A stretch of 64,000 bases of DNA, from assembly GCA_038207335.1 (NCBI GenBank), contig JBBQZX010000019.1:32001-96000 (forward strand), given 5' to 3'. The translations under genes and the position numbers were made by a program. Origin of the DNA: Chthoniobacterales bacterium. GTDB lineage: Bacteria > Verrucomicrobiota > Verrucomicrobiia > Chthoniobacterales > Chthoniobacteraceae. Positions 19,301 to 28,012 of the stretch are shown in pieces. Under the pieces are notes generated by a model, which saw nothing but the letters and a program-made list of their open reading frames with translations, made no database searches and was not told the DNA's origin. Numbering within the stretch: position 1 is the first letter of the stretch; every line of letters begins with the position of its first letter.

Positions 19301-20878
19301 AGCAAGGCGGCGTTTGGAGTCGGCAACGCAGACACGACGATCACTTCGACGAGTGCGATCAATGACGGCCAGTGGCATCACGTTACCGCCACTCGGGCGA
19401 GTGGGTCCGGTGCCATGAAACTCTTTGTGGACGGGCTTCTCCAGGCGACGGGCACCGGCCCCACCGGATCCCGCACCGCGCCAAATGCGCTCCGTATCGC
19501 CGGGATGCAGCCCGGCTACGGATACCTCGCTGGCGCGCTCGATGAGGTCCGGCTCTACACGTATCCGCTCAGCGCCGGGCAGGTCTTCGCGATGGCAAAT
19601 CCAGCGCCCGCACCGTGGCTCTCGACCGATATCGGCGCGCCGGCGGCCGACGGATTCGCGGGCAGAAATGTTGCGGGAACATGGTCCGTCGGCGGGAGCG
19701 GTGCGGATATCTGGACGACGGCAGATCAGTTTCAATTCGTGAACCAGCCCGCAAATGGCGACGGCAGTATCGTCGCGCGCGTCACCTCGCTGCCGACAAA
19801 TCCCGACAGCGGCACCACTGCGAATTCCAAAGCTGGCGTGATGTTCCGCGCCACGACCGCGGCCAATTCACAGTTCGTCGATCTCGTTTTCGATACCTCG
19901 CAGGGGCTCCAGTTCACGAACCGCGCGACTGCGGGCGCGGCAGCCGCGCAGCCCGTCGCCAATGTCAACGTGAGCACCGCGCCGTTCTGGCTGCGCCTCA
20001 CCCGCGGCGGAAATATTTTCCAAGCCGCCTACACGACCGTCGCCGCGCCAGCCGCGAGCGATTGGATTTTGATCGGCAACGTTTCCGTCGGGCTGCCGAC
20101 GAACGCGCTCGCCGGGCTCGCGGTTACCTCCCACGCCGACGGCATCGTCGCCGACACGAGCTTCACCGGTGCCGCGCTCAATGCGAACCAAGCGCCGACC
20201 ATCTCTGCCGTCGCGAATCAGACGATCTCCGAAAACGCGGCGACCAGCGTGCTTCCTTTCACTATCGCCGATTTCGAAACACCAGCCGCGAACCTTATCG
20301 TCACCGCGACTTCTTCGAACACGACGCTCGTGCCGACCGCGAACATCACGCTCGGCGGCTCGGGCGCGAGTCGGACCGTCCGCGTCACGCCCGCGTCGAA
20401 TCAATCCGGCACCGCGACGATCACGCTCAATGTGAGCGACGGAACGCTCGTGACCACGAGCGCGTTCGTCGTGACGGTGCAGACCACGCCGGTTGGGAGT
20501 TGGCGGCAGCAGTGGTTTGGCAGCACCGCCGAGACCGCGAATTCCGCAGACGCTGCCGATCCCGATCGCGACGGAATCAGCAATCTCTGGGAGCGCGCTT
20601 TCAATCTCGATCCCACTGCCGTCGATTCCGCTGCCACCGCTTGGCCGGTCGTCGGCGAGAACGGCGCGAACCTCACGCTGATCTACCGCCGCAACACGGC
20701 CGCGACCGACATCACATATCAAGTACTCTGGAGCGACGACCTCGCCACATGGTCCGCGACTGGCGTGACAGACAGCCTCTTCTCAAGCAGCGGGAACACG
20801 CAAACCCGCATGGGTCAGATCCCGATGAGCCTCGGCGCGCGCATTTACCTCCGCTTGAAAATCACTACGCAGCCGTAG
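16364..20878 (+). CDS. Modular secreted GH128-like beta-1,3-glucanase: ricin-B, GH128, ricin-like, FN3, 2x LamG, beta-sandwich, cadherin/Ig, C-terminal DxDxDG module
   Basis: QRW ricin motifs; WCYNW, GFNEPD, AVHWY, PIWLTEF; LamG NDGAWHHVAVT...LDEIRLY twice; NQAPTIS; DPDRDGISNLWE. Start ATG 16364. Confidence 0.82.
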   Translation: MRLFFSIRSAAATRCLLVLVAIFSALAAPARAFVFDSFGDGFWNAVNQNNSKALVVTSTGASQAAVATTDFGQQFEVLLNLEDGTFRIRNRDTLKCIGALNGGTTAGTAVVEINYTGANSQRWSLIDVGSGFYQVVNVAANLALQTDAAATANVTLQVKSTSNLQRWKFNYITHYPKKGGAGWDGKWDQFNVSWCYNWSDATGAYLPDARVFEPMKYSRYWPGTGNLGGGYAAMHSTPKPVFIMGFNEPDQTSQGDTPVADAISLWPELQNQNVPLVSPAATNAYNGWLGDFYTQVGNKGYRVDFTAVHWYANPSADTLINHLQSVYNSWGRPIWLTEFGAVDWAGNQTWTEEDDWRFLAEFMWRAENLIWLKRYSMFVFTGDPPANPWSRVGSRSNMMKSDNNTLTSIGELYAGWDGDQTIRPRTAYLLQGQNSMHRLSSSAANSGFPAAAQYPSPVSIRFGGAQAQWAFVQSPTSGQFYIVSLLDGRRLRTDGNGVDLAPIGTTGIGVQWNLSSPDAYGYCYIDNANFTGGKALYNQRWNNGDGSPNSIYYGVQASGNASDITRFRFVKPGVAVAVPDAPVAPTAVAAAPGDRSVALSWSGEGFIFTVSRSTSAGGPYTVVASGIQTRTFTDNTALNGTPYYYVVSATNIVGETSVNSAQVAATPLASLNGAALMANYKFESGDASDRSARGQHGAVSGGVTFTAPGKVDSAAATFDGIDGSIQIPVVVANDFTIAFWMKTTATGGAGTQWYSGNGLVDGEVGGAGADFGTSLLGSKVAFGVGNPDTTIQSPTAVNDGAWHHVAVTRNGTSGAMQLFLDGVPQASATGPTGTRTLPTSLRIGSIQTGVRFFSGSLDEIRLYNYALTSAEIARLFRPRNAPVAVYSFENNALDSSGFGNHGAVAGGISYGAGNVGQVGQFNGAGNSVVIPSPLVNDFSIAYWIKTTATAGTGQWWSGAGIVDGEVSGAVNDFGTALIGSKAAFGVGNADTTITSTSAINDGQWHHVTATRASGSGAMKLFVDGLLQATGTGPTGSRTAPNALRIAGMQPGYGYLAGALDEVRLYTYPLSAGQVFAMANPAPAPWLSTDIGAPAADGFAGRNVAGTWSVGGSGADIWTTADQFQFVNQPANGDGSIVARVTSLPTNPDSGTTANSKAGVMFRATTAANSQFVDLVFDTSQGLQFTNRATAGAAAAQPVANVNVSTAPFWLRLTRGGNIFQAAYTTVAAPAASDWILIGNVSVGLPTNALAGLAVTSHADGIVADTSFTGAALNANQAPTISAVANQTISENAATSVLPFTIADFETPAANLIVTATSSNTTLVPTANITLGGSGASRTVRVTPASNQSGTATITLNVSDGTLVTTSAFVVTVQTTPVGSWRQQWFGSTAETANSADAADPDRDGISNLWERAFNLDPTAVDSAATAWPVVGENGANLTLIYRRNTAATDITYQVLWSDDLATWSATGVTDSLFSSSGNTQTRMGQIPMSLGARIYLRLKITTQP

Positions 20879-20910
20879 CTCCCCCTGCGACTTTAACGTG
20901 TTTGTGGAAT

Positions 20911-20930
20911 GCGGAGGTTTCGACTTCCGC
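20911..20930. terminator. Hairpin between convergent GH128-like gene and clpP
   Basis: GCGGAGGT-TTCG-ACTTCCGC with a UUCG loop. Confidence 0.4.
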
Positions 20931-21629
20931 TCAGCTCTTCAAACTCTCCGGCTTTTCGCCGGCACCGCCCACGGATTCGGCGATTTCGCTGGCGACTTTG
21001 ATCTGGCGGCGGCTGGTCACGACTTCATCGACGAGGCCGTATTCCTTGGCCTCCAGCGCGGTCATGTAGTAATCGCGGTCGGAGTCGCGGCCCACGATTT
21101 CCGCTTCTTTGCCGGTGTGCTCGGCGAGGATTCGGATGAGCCGTTTCTTGAGTTTGTACATGTACTCCACCGTGCGCTCGACGTCACTCGCAGTGCCCTG
21201 CGCGCCGCCGCTGACCTGATGGATCATGATGTCAGAATTCGGCAGCGCGTACCGTTTGCCGCGCGTCCCGGCGGCGAGCAAAACCGCGCCCATTGAGGCG
21301 GCCATGCCGATGCAGTAAGTGTTCACGTCGCAGGTGAGGAATTGCATCGTGTCGTAAATCGCGAGGCCCGAGGTGACGGAGCCTCCGGGGCTGTTGATGT
21401 AAATGCTGATGTCCTTTTTGCCGTCGTCCATCTGGAGGAAGAGGAGCTGCGCGATGACGGAATTCGCCACGCCGTCGTCGATCGCGGTGCCGAGAAAAAT
21501 GATGCGATCCTTCAGCAGCCGCGAGTAGATGTCGTAGCTGCGCTCGCCGCGGCCCGTCTGCTCGACGACGACCGGGACGTAATAGTTGTTTTGCGGAGTC
21601 TGGATGCGGCGGTCGGGCTGGATGATCAT
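20931..21629 (-). CDS. clpP: ATP-dependent Clp protease proteolytic subunit
   Basis: [58 protein letters not shown]. Confidence 0.97.
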   Translation of the reverse strand: MIIQPDRRIQTPQNNYYVPVVVEQTGRGERSYDIYSRLLKDRIIFLGTAIDDGVANSVIAQLLFLQMDDGKKDISIYINSPGGSVTSGLAIYDTMQFLTCDVNTYCIGMAASMGAVLLAAGTRGKRYALPNSDIMIHQVSGGAQGTASDVERTVEYMYKLKKRLIRILAEHTGKEAEIVGRDSDRDYYMTALEAKEYGLVDEVVTSRRQIKVASEIAESVGGAGEKPESLKS

Positions 21630-21665
21630 GTGAAAAGGTGGGTTTCGGTGTGAGACGGAGAATTT

Positions 21666-21743
21666 AACCGCGGATGGCGCGGATGAAAACGGATGAAGCC
21701 AAATTCTTTTTCTTTATCCGCAATCCCCGCGAAATCCGCGATT
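21666..21743. repeat. Imperfect palindromic element built from (C)GGAT / ATCC(G) units between tig and clpP
   Basis: AACCGCGGATGGCGCGGATGAAAACGGAT-N21-ATCCGCAATCCCCGCGAAATCCGCGATT. Confidence 0.65.
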
Positions 21744-21750
21744 CAGAGTA

Positions 21751-23064
21751 TCATGCTGCAGTCGCAGAAATGTTCGCGTTCGAGACCAGAAAATCGAGCG
21801 TCTTGGCGGTCAGGATCTCCTCGCTGATCTGGTCGAGCCCGTTGCGCTTATCGAGCTCCTTCACCATTTTCTCGAAAGGCATCTTGTAGTGCTCGGCGAG
21901 CGATGCGACGCGGCCGAAAATCTCCTCGCGCTTCACCGAGATGCCTTCTTGTTCCGCGATCCGCAGGAGGATGAACGTGCCTTTCAATTTCTCCCGTGCA
22001 TTCTGTGAAGCCATGCCGACGAGTTCGCGCTCGCTGCCCTTGATTACTTCTTCAGTCACGCCCCGCGCCTGATTTTCACGCACGATGTCGTTGAGGATTC
22101 TCTGCGTTTCATTCCGCACGAGGTTCGCCGGCAGTTCGCATTCCACTTTGCCGAGCAGCGCCTTCATGATCTGTGTGCGCTTGTTACCCTCGACCTCGCC
22201 GGCTTTCTGCTTAGCGATTTCGTCCTTCGCGAGTTCGCGCAGTTCCGCCAGCGTTTTGCCTTTCACTACGGTATCGGCAAAGGCGTCGTTCAGCTCTGGC
22301 ATCTGCTTCTGCTTCACGCCTTTGAGCGTCACTTTGTAATGGATCGTCGTTCCCGGCATTCCCTCGACGGGGAAATCCGCCGGCACCAGGATGTCAAACT
22401 CGCGCGCGTCGCCGACATTCGCGCCGACGATGTGCCCGCAGAAGCCGGGGAAGAACGCCTCGTCGGTCATCTTGATCCAGAAATCGTCGTTCTCGGAGAG
22501 CGGTTTGCCCGCCTTTGGAAAAACCTCGTGGACGGGCTTCCCGTCGATCGTGCCGGTGTAATCGACGACGATGAAATCGTCCATCTGAGCCGCGCGGCCA
22601 TCAACATCCGTGAAGTCCGCGGCCTGGTCGCGGAGATTCTCGATCGACTCGTCGATCTCAGCGTCCGTCACGTCGGTCGATTTCACATCGACAGCCACGC
22701 CTTTGTATTCGGGAAGTTCGAATTCGGGATGCGTCACGACCGTCGCGGTGAACGACATCGTTTTGTCGTCGCCGAGCTGCACGTCCTCGACGTTTGAGAT
22801 TTGCAGCACGCGCAGCTTTTTCTCCGCGATCGCCTCGCGCGCTGCCTCGCGCAGCACCTTGCCCTCGAGCTCTTCGCGGATTTGCTTTTTGAATTTGCGC
22901 TCGACGACAGCGCGCGGCGCCTTTCCGGGGCGGTAGCCGGGGATGCGCGCCTGTTGCCCGAAGTCCTTCACGAGCTGATCCAGCACCTTGTTGACGCGCT
23001 CGGGTTCAACCTCGACGCGGAGGGTGGCAAGGCAGTTTGGAAGAGGTTCGACGACGACGTTCAT
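21751..23064 (-). CDS. tig: Trigger factor
   Basis: IPGYRPGKAP ribosome-binding motif, FKBP-like middle domain, adjacent to clpP. Start ATG 23064. Confidence 0.96.
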   Translation of the reverse strand: MNVVVEPLPNCLATLRVEVEPERVNKVLDQLVKDFGQQARIPGYRPGKAPRAVVERKFKKQIREELEGKVLREAAREAIAEKKLRVLQISNVEDVQLGDDKTMSFTATVVTHPEFELPEYKGVAVDVKSTDVTDAEIDESIENLRDQAADFTDVDGRAAQMDDFIVVDYTGTIDGKPVHEVFPKAGKPLSENDDFWIKMTDEAFFPGFCGHIVGANVGDAREFDILVPADFPVEGMPGTTIHYKVTLKGVKQKQMPELNDAFADTVVKGKTLAELRELAKDEIAKQKAGEVEGNKRTQIMKALLGKVECELPANLVRNETQRILNDIVRENQARGVTEEVIKGSERELVGMASQNAREKLKGTFILLRIAEQEGISVKREEIFGRVASLAEHYKMPFEKMVKELDKRNGLDQISEEILTAKTLDFLVSNANISATAA

Positions 23065-23181
23065 GGTTCGGATTTTGGGATAAAGGGGGCGGAAAGATAG
23101 CGGCTCGCTTTCAAATGCAAACATCGAAATGCCGCGCGATTTCCGGCGCGTTGCGGGGAGATATTCCCACCGACTGGCAGT

Positions 23182-23898
23182 TCAATTCGGGGAGAGTTCG
23201 CGCACTGCGTTTTCCGTCGCGTCGGCGACGGCGTTCCAGCCTTCGCGATCGTTTGTTGCGCTCTCGAAAGCGAGCGGTTGGCCGATGCGCAGTGTGATTT
23301 TTCCCGCCTGCGGCATGGAGCGATTGGGCGGGAGGGCGCGCCATGCGCCATCCAAATAACACGGCACGATCGGCACGGAAGTGCCTGCCACGATGCGGCC
23401 GAGGCCGGACTTGAAGCGTGTCATCTCGCCGGTCCGAGTCCGCGTGCCTTCGGGGAAAAGGATGTAGATGCAGGCATCGCCGACGAGCCGCGCGCGGAGG
23501 TCGTCAAGCGAATGCGCGCCACACTTTTTCCGCCAGATCGGCAGCGCATTCATGAAGGCGGTCGCGAAAAGGGAGGTCGCCTTTTTCGTGAAAAAAGTGT
23601 CCCCCGCTGCGATGGGGAAAACGCGGCCGACCTGCCGCACGGGCATCGCTGCCGCGAGAATGAGCGCGTCAAGATGACTGCCGTGATTTGCCACGAGCAC
23701 GAACGGAGCACGGGAGGGAAGATTTTCACGCCCATGAATCTCCAGTCGATGCGCGGCGGTGAGATAAATCCGAGTGAGCCAGCGCCACGCGAGGCACGAG
23801 GCTGCGCCAACGAGACCGACCTCCCGCCGCAGGCTCTGCACTCTGTCGCCCGGCGAGAGCGAAAGGTCGCGCGCGGGCTGGAAATTCCACGGCTCCAT
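23182..23898 (-). CDS. Lysophospholipid acyltransferase (PlsC family)
   Basis: ANHGSHLD (HX4D) and LFPEGTRT. Confidence 0.9.
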   Translation of the reverse strand: MEPWNFQPARDLSLSPGDRVQSLRREVGLVGAASCLAWRWLTRIYLTAAHRLEIHGRENLPSRAPFVLVANHGSHLDALILAAAMPVRQVGRVFPIAAGDTFFTKKATSLFATAFMNALPIWRKKCGAHSLDDLRARLVGDACIYILFPEGTRTRTGEMTRFKSGLGRIVAGTSVPIVPCYLDGAWRALPPNRSMPQAGKITLRIGQPLAFESATNDREGWNAVADATENAVRELSPN

Positions 23899-24905
23899 CA
23901 GCTCCCTCCGCTGAAAATGCGCGCGGGCTGGTCGAGCCCGAAGCCGCGCAAATACTGGACGTAATGGAACACCGCGGGTGCCGCGAGGATGAGGCTGTCG
24001 AAGCGGTCGAGTAGTCCGCCGTGGCCGGGGATGAGGACGCCCATGTCTTTGATGCCGATGTCGCGCTTGATGGACGACAGCATGAGGTCGCCGAACTGCC
24101 CCGCGATGCTGACGATGAGCCCGAGCCCGAGCAGCGCGACCGGCCCGTCGAGAGGAGTGCCTTTGAAGACAAAATGTCCGAGCGACGCGACGAGTGCGGT
24201 GGTGAGCACCAGGGCGCCGAGCGCGCCGCCGATCGTTTTGTTCGGGCTCGTATTCGGCGTGAGTTTGCGATGCCCGAGCGTCTTGCCGGCGATGTAGGCG
24301 AAGATGTCGTTCAGCTCCACGGTGACAATGAGGAGCAGGACGATCGGGCGGTAGTCTGCGTCATTTGCCATGTATCCGAGGTGGCCGATGCAGACGCCGA
24401 ACAGCAGGAAGCCGATCGCGCCGAGGCCCACGCGCTGGATGTAGCCGTGCGGCTCGTCGCGTAAAATCGCGGTGATGGCGATGAGCACCATGGCGAGCGG
24501 CGGCACGGCCACAAAGAGGTCATACCAGTGATCGGCAATCGCGAAGGTCAGCACGGCGATGCTCGCGACGACGACCGCGCTGAGCCCGCGCTCGCGGAAG
24601 AAACCGGTGGCGCGCGCAAATTCGCGGTAGCACAGCACGCTGAGCAGCGCGACGGCGGCGATTGTCCACGCCGCGCCGAGCAGCACGGGGCCGATCAGCA
24701 GGGGAGTCATGATCGCCCACGAGCGGACGCGCTTCACGAGTTCGTCGTGCAGCTTTGCATCCGTGCGCCCGGCGGCGTGCAGGAGCCAGATCGCGGCGAA
24801 TGCGATGACCAAAACCGCGACGACGGCGATGGTGATTCCGAGCGTCACCGGTGAGTCGAATGCGTGCCGAAAACCGAACAGGCGCTGCGTGGAAATGGCG
24901 TCCAT
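23898..24905 (-). CDS. Phosphatidate cytidylyltransferase (CdsA/YnbB-like)
   Basis: NDIFAYIAGK, SPNKTIGG, GDLMLSSIKRDIGIKDMG..IPGHGGLLDRFDS. Confidence 0.92.
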   Translation of the reverse strand: MDAISTQRLFGFRHAFDSPVTLGITIAVVAVLVIAFAAIWLLHAAGRTDAKLHDELVKRVRSWAIMTPLLIGPVLLGAAWTIAAVALLSVLCYREFARATGFFRERGLSAVVVASIAVLTFAIADHWYDLFVAVPPLAMVLIAITAILRDEPHGYIQRVGLGAIGFLLFGVCIGHLGYMANDADYRPIVLLLIVTVELNDIFAYIAGKTLGHRKLTPNTSPNKTIGGALGALVLTTALVASLGHFVFKGTPLDGPVALLGLGLIVSIAGQFGDLMLSSIKRDIGIKDMGVLIPGHGGLLDRFDSLILAAPAVFHYVQYLRGFGLDQPARIFSGGS

Positions 24906-24909
24906 ACTT

Positions 24910-25566
24910 TTAACGCGCGCGCAAAAACGCGGCGATGCGCGAAAGGCGGCGAAGCGCGGTGACGATGCAGCCGAGGATGAGGAGCGCGAGTGTGTAGAGG
25001 GGGAGATGAAACGACGCGATCGGCGCGAAATAAGGGAGAATCGCCATCACGACGGTGAGTCCGGTGAGCAGTGCCATGCGGTGTTGCTTGGCCATCGGCC
25101 CGATGAAAATCTGACCTGCGCCGACGCTCGCACCCAGCGCGCGGCAGTAGGCCACGAAGACCGCCACGATTGCCGCGCCGAAGCCGTGCAGGGGATCGCT
25201 GCCAGCCGCAAACCCTGCTCCAATCAGGATCGCCGCGTCGGCGACGCGATCCGGTGCCTCATTCCACAGGTCGCCCACCGGTCCGCCGCGCCCGCCTTCC
25301 ACCGCGACCATTCCGTCGAGCAGATTTGCGATGAGTCGGAGCTGCATGAACACCGCGGCGGACAGCCAGCACGCAGATTGCGCGCCGCCGAGCGTGTGCG
25401 ACGTCGCGGCGAAAGACGCGCCGGCGAGCGCGCCGAAAATCATCGTGCAGAACGAGATCGCATTCGGAGCGGCGCCGATTTTCGCGAGCCAGGCGGAGAA
25501 GTCGCGGAAGATTTTCATGTCGCGGCTTTTCAGCGGGCGACGACCGCTCAGCGGAGTGGGAGTCAT
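24910..25566 (-). CDS. CDP-alcohol phosphatidyltransferase (YnbA-like)
   Basis: RRPLKSR, PNAIS, QLRLIANLLDGMVAVEGG...GDLWNEAPDRVAD, GPMAKQHRM. Start ATG 25566. Confidence 0.88.
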   Translation of the reverse strand: MTPTPLSGRRPLKSRDMKIFRDFSAWLAKIGAAPNAISFCTMIFGALAGASFAATSHTLGGAQSACWLSAAVFMQLRLIANLLDGMVAVEGGRGGPVGDLWNEAPDRVADAAILIGAGFAAGSDPLHGFGAAIVAVFVAYCRALGASVGAGQIFIGPMAKQHRMALLTGLTVVMAILPYFAPIASFHLPLYTLALLILGCIVTALRRLSRIAAFLRAR

Positions 25567-25913
25567 GTGCGGCCCATGAAATACATGCCGCCGATGAGCA
25601 GCGCCATGCCGGCGAGATTTGCAGGGCGAATCGTTACGCCGTCGGCCATCCGTGCGATGAGCGCGGCCCAGATGAAGGTCGTCGCGTAGATCGGATACAG
25701 GACAGTAAGCGAACCGCCTTTTTTGAAGGCGGCGACGAAGAGAACCATCACGGCGACGTAGCAAATCACGCCGCCGAGCAGGCGCGCATTCAGTAGATAA
25801 CTCGCGATCGATCCGCCTGCGCGATCGGCTCCCGACTTGTAAAAAAACTGGCCGATCGCACCGAGAAAAGCGGCGATGGCGAACATCAGCATGGCGACCG
25901 GAGACGTGGACAT
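25563..25913 (-). CDS. Small DMT/EamA-like membrane transporter (ArnE/ArnF-sized)
   Basis: 116 aa, four hydrophobic helices, GAIGQFFYK, GSLTVLYPI; overlaps the next gene by 4 nt. Confidence 0.75.
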   Translation of the reverse strand: MSTSPVAMLMFAIAAFLGAIGQFFYKSGADRAGGSIASYLLNARLLGGVICYVAVMVLFVAAFKKGGSLTVLYPIYATTFIWAALIARMADGVTIRPANLAGMALLIGGMYFMGRT

Positions 25914-26028
25914 TTTGAATAAGAAGCGATGGCTTATGGCCAAAAGCCGTGGCGACCTCAACGCATTCGCGCGCTTCGGGAATCTGTGGACGAAAGATTT
26001 CCTGCCGATTTAATCAGCGGCTCGCGTC

Positions 26029-26958
26029 ATGCAGAAAATCCCTCTCGGTTCGACATCCCTTCACTGCAGCCGGCTTGCTTACGGCTGCTGGCGCATCGCT
26101 CGGGTGGGGGCGGAAGCCGCGGATTTCGCCACCGCACGGCGGGCAGTGCTCGCGGCGGTCGATGCGGGTTACACGCTTTTCGATCACGCGGATATTTACT
26201 GCGACGGACACGCGGAGACGGCATTCGGCGCGGTTCTTCGCGAGACGCCGTCGCTTCGGGATCGCATCGTTATCGCGACGAAATGCGGCATTCGATTTTC
26301 CGATCAACCGTCCGGCGCGCCTTATCGATACGATCTTTCGCGCGATCACATCGTGCAGTCGTGCGAGCAATCGCTGCGACGACTCGGGATCGAAACGATC
26401 GACCTGTATCAACTCCACCGCCCGGATTGGCTGATGGATGCGGCCGAAGTCGCGGGCGCGTTTTCCGAGCTGACGCAGGCTGGAAAAGTGCGCGAATTCG
26501 GGGTCAGCAATTTTCTCCCGGCTCAGGTCGCGCTGCTCCAGCAAGCCCTGCCAGCGCCGCTCGCGGTGAATCAAATCGAGATCAGTTTGCTGCAACTTGG
26601 TGCGCTTTCCGACGGCGCGCTGGAGCAATGTCAGGCGGCAAAAATCACGCCGCTGGCGTGGAGCCCGCTCGGCGGCGGATTGCTCGCCGATGGCGCAGTG
26701 GACATCCTCGACGCTCAGAAGGCTTACGAGCCCGCTGCCGTCGTTTCCGCGCTCGATGCGATGGCGCGCGCTCGCGGCACGACGCGCACCGCGCTCGCGC
26801 TCGCGTGGCTGCTGCGGCATCCGGCAGGCATCGTGCCGATCATCGGCAGCACCGACCCGGCGCGAATCCGCACGGCGGTGGCGGCGACTGAAATCCAGAT
26901 AAGCCGCGAGGAGTGGTATTCGCTTCTCACGGTCGCGCGCGGCGTGCCGCTTCCGTAG
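26029..26958 (+). CDS. Aldo/keto reductase (YdhF-like)
   Basis: SRLAYGCWR, FDHADIY, TKCGI, IDLYQLHRPD, GKVREFGVSNF, AWSPLGGG. Confidence 0.93.
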   Translation: MQKIPLGSTSLHCSRLAYGCWRIARVGAEAADFATARRAVLAAVDAGYTLFDHADIYCDGHAETAFGAVLRETPSLRDRIVIATKCGIRFSDQPSGAPYRYDLSRDHIVQSCEQSLRRLGIETIDLYQLHRPDWLMDAAEVAGAFSELTQAGKVREFGVSNFLPAQVALLQQALPAPLAVNQIEISLLQLGALSDGALEQCQAAKITPLAWSPLGGGLLADGAVDILDAQKAYEPAAVVSALDAMARARGTTRTALALAWLLRHPAGIVPIIGSTDPARIRTAVAATEIQISREEWYSLLTVARGVPLP

Positions 26959-26964
26959 CTGCGC

Positions 26965-27819
26965 ATGGGCCGGATTTTCATCGCGGGCTGTGGATTCGTC
27001 GGGCTCGAGGCAGCGCGGCTTTTCCAGGAGGCGGGATGGGAGGTGGTCGGTGGGACGCATTCCGCGGAGTCGGTGGCGCGGCTCGCGGGGGAGCCGTTTC
27101 CGGTCGTCGCGGCGGATATTTCGAATCGCGATGATGTCGCGCGAATCGAGAAGGGAAACGGGTTCGATGCTGTGGTGCATTGCGCGAGCAGTGGTCGAGG
27201 CGGGGCGGATGCGTATCGCGCGGTATATCTCGAGGGGGTGCGAAATCTCGCGGAAATCCTCGCGCCGCCCGTCCTGCTTTTTACGAGCAGCACGTCGGTT
27301 TATGCGCAGACCGGCGGGGAATGGGTGACTGAAGAAAGCGCTGCCGAGCCAGGGCGTGAAACGGGACGTGTGCTGCGTGAAACGGAAACATTGGTGCTCG
27401 AAAGGGGTGGGGTTGTTGCGCGGTTGGGCGGAATTTACGGCCCTGCGCGCTCGGTGCTGTTGAGGAAGTTTTTCAACGGTGAGGCGGTGATCGAAGGCAA
27501 GGGGACGCGTTGGATCAATCAGGCGCATCGCGACGACATCGCGTCGGCGCTGCGGCGTCTCGTCGAGCGCGACCAGCGCGGCATTTTCAATGTCTGCGAC
27601 GACGAACCGTTGCAGCAGTGCGCGCTTTATGAATGGCTTGCGCAACGCTTCGACCGCGGGCTTCCGCCGCGCGGCGAGGTCGATCCGAATCGCAAACGCG
27701 GCGTCACGAACAAACGCGTGAGCAATTCGAAATTGCGCGCGCTCGGCTGGCAGCCGCGGTTCCCGTCGTTCTGCGATGCGGTGGAAAACGATCCGCGGAT
27801 ACTTCCCGAGTTCGAGTGA
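26965..27819 (+). CDS. NAD-dependent epimerase/dehydratase (atypical SDR)
   Basis: IAGCGFVG, FTSSTSVY, RLGGIYGPAR, NKRVSNSKL. Confidence 0.88.
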   Translation: MGRIFIAGCGFVGLEAARLFQEAGWEVVGGTHSAESVARLAGEPFPVVAADISNRDDVARIEKGNGFDAVVHCASSGRGGADAYRAVYLEGVRNLAEILAPPVLLFTSSTSVYAQTGGEWVTEESAAEPGRETGRVLRETETLVLERGGVVARLGGIYGPARSVLLRKFFNGEAVIEGKGTRWINQAHRDDIASALRRLVERDQRGIFNVCDDEPLQQCALYEWLAQRFDRGLPPRGEVDPNRKRGVTNKRVSNSKLRALGWQPRFPSFCDAVENDPRILPEFE

Positions 27820-28012
27820 GTGCAGATGCGATGTCGGGTCGGGCAATGGGTGCGGCCTTGGCAAAAGGTGAATTTTGTAGCTGGGATCGTTGATCCCGGC
27901 GAGGAGCCGTATCCGGGACTGGCCAGTCGCCGTGATCACCGATCCCTGCTACAACGGCGCGGTTGGCTCGCGTTCTACTTTCGTGGTTCAACTTCCTCCC
28001 ACTTTTCCGCCC

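Noticed and set aside
17348..19735. 795-aa antisense ORF (also 42043-43380, 53900-56230, 26014-27939)
   Set aside because: Antisense shadows of real genes with Arg-rich, motif-free translations.
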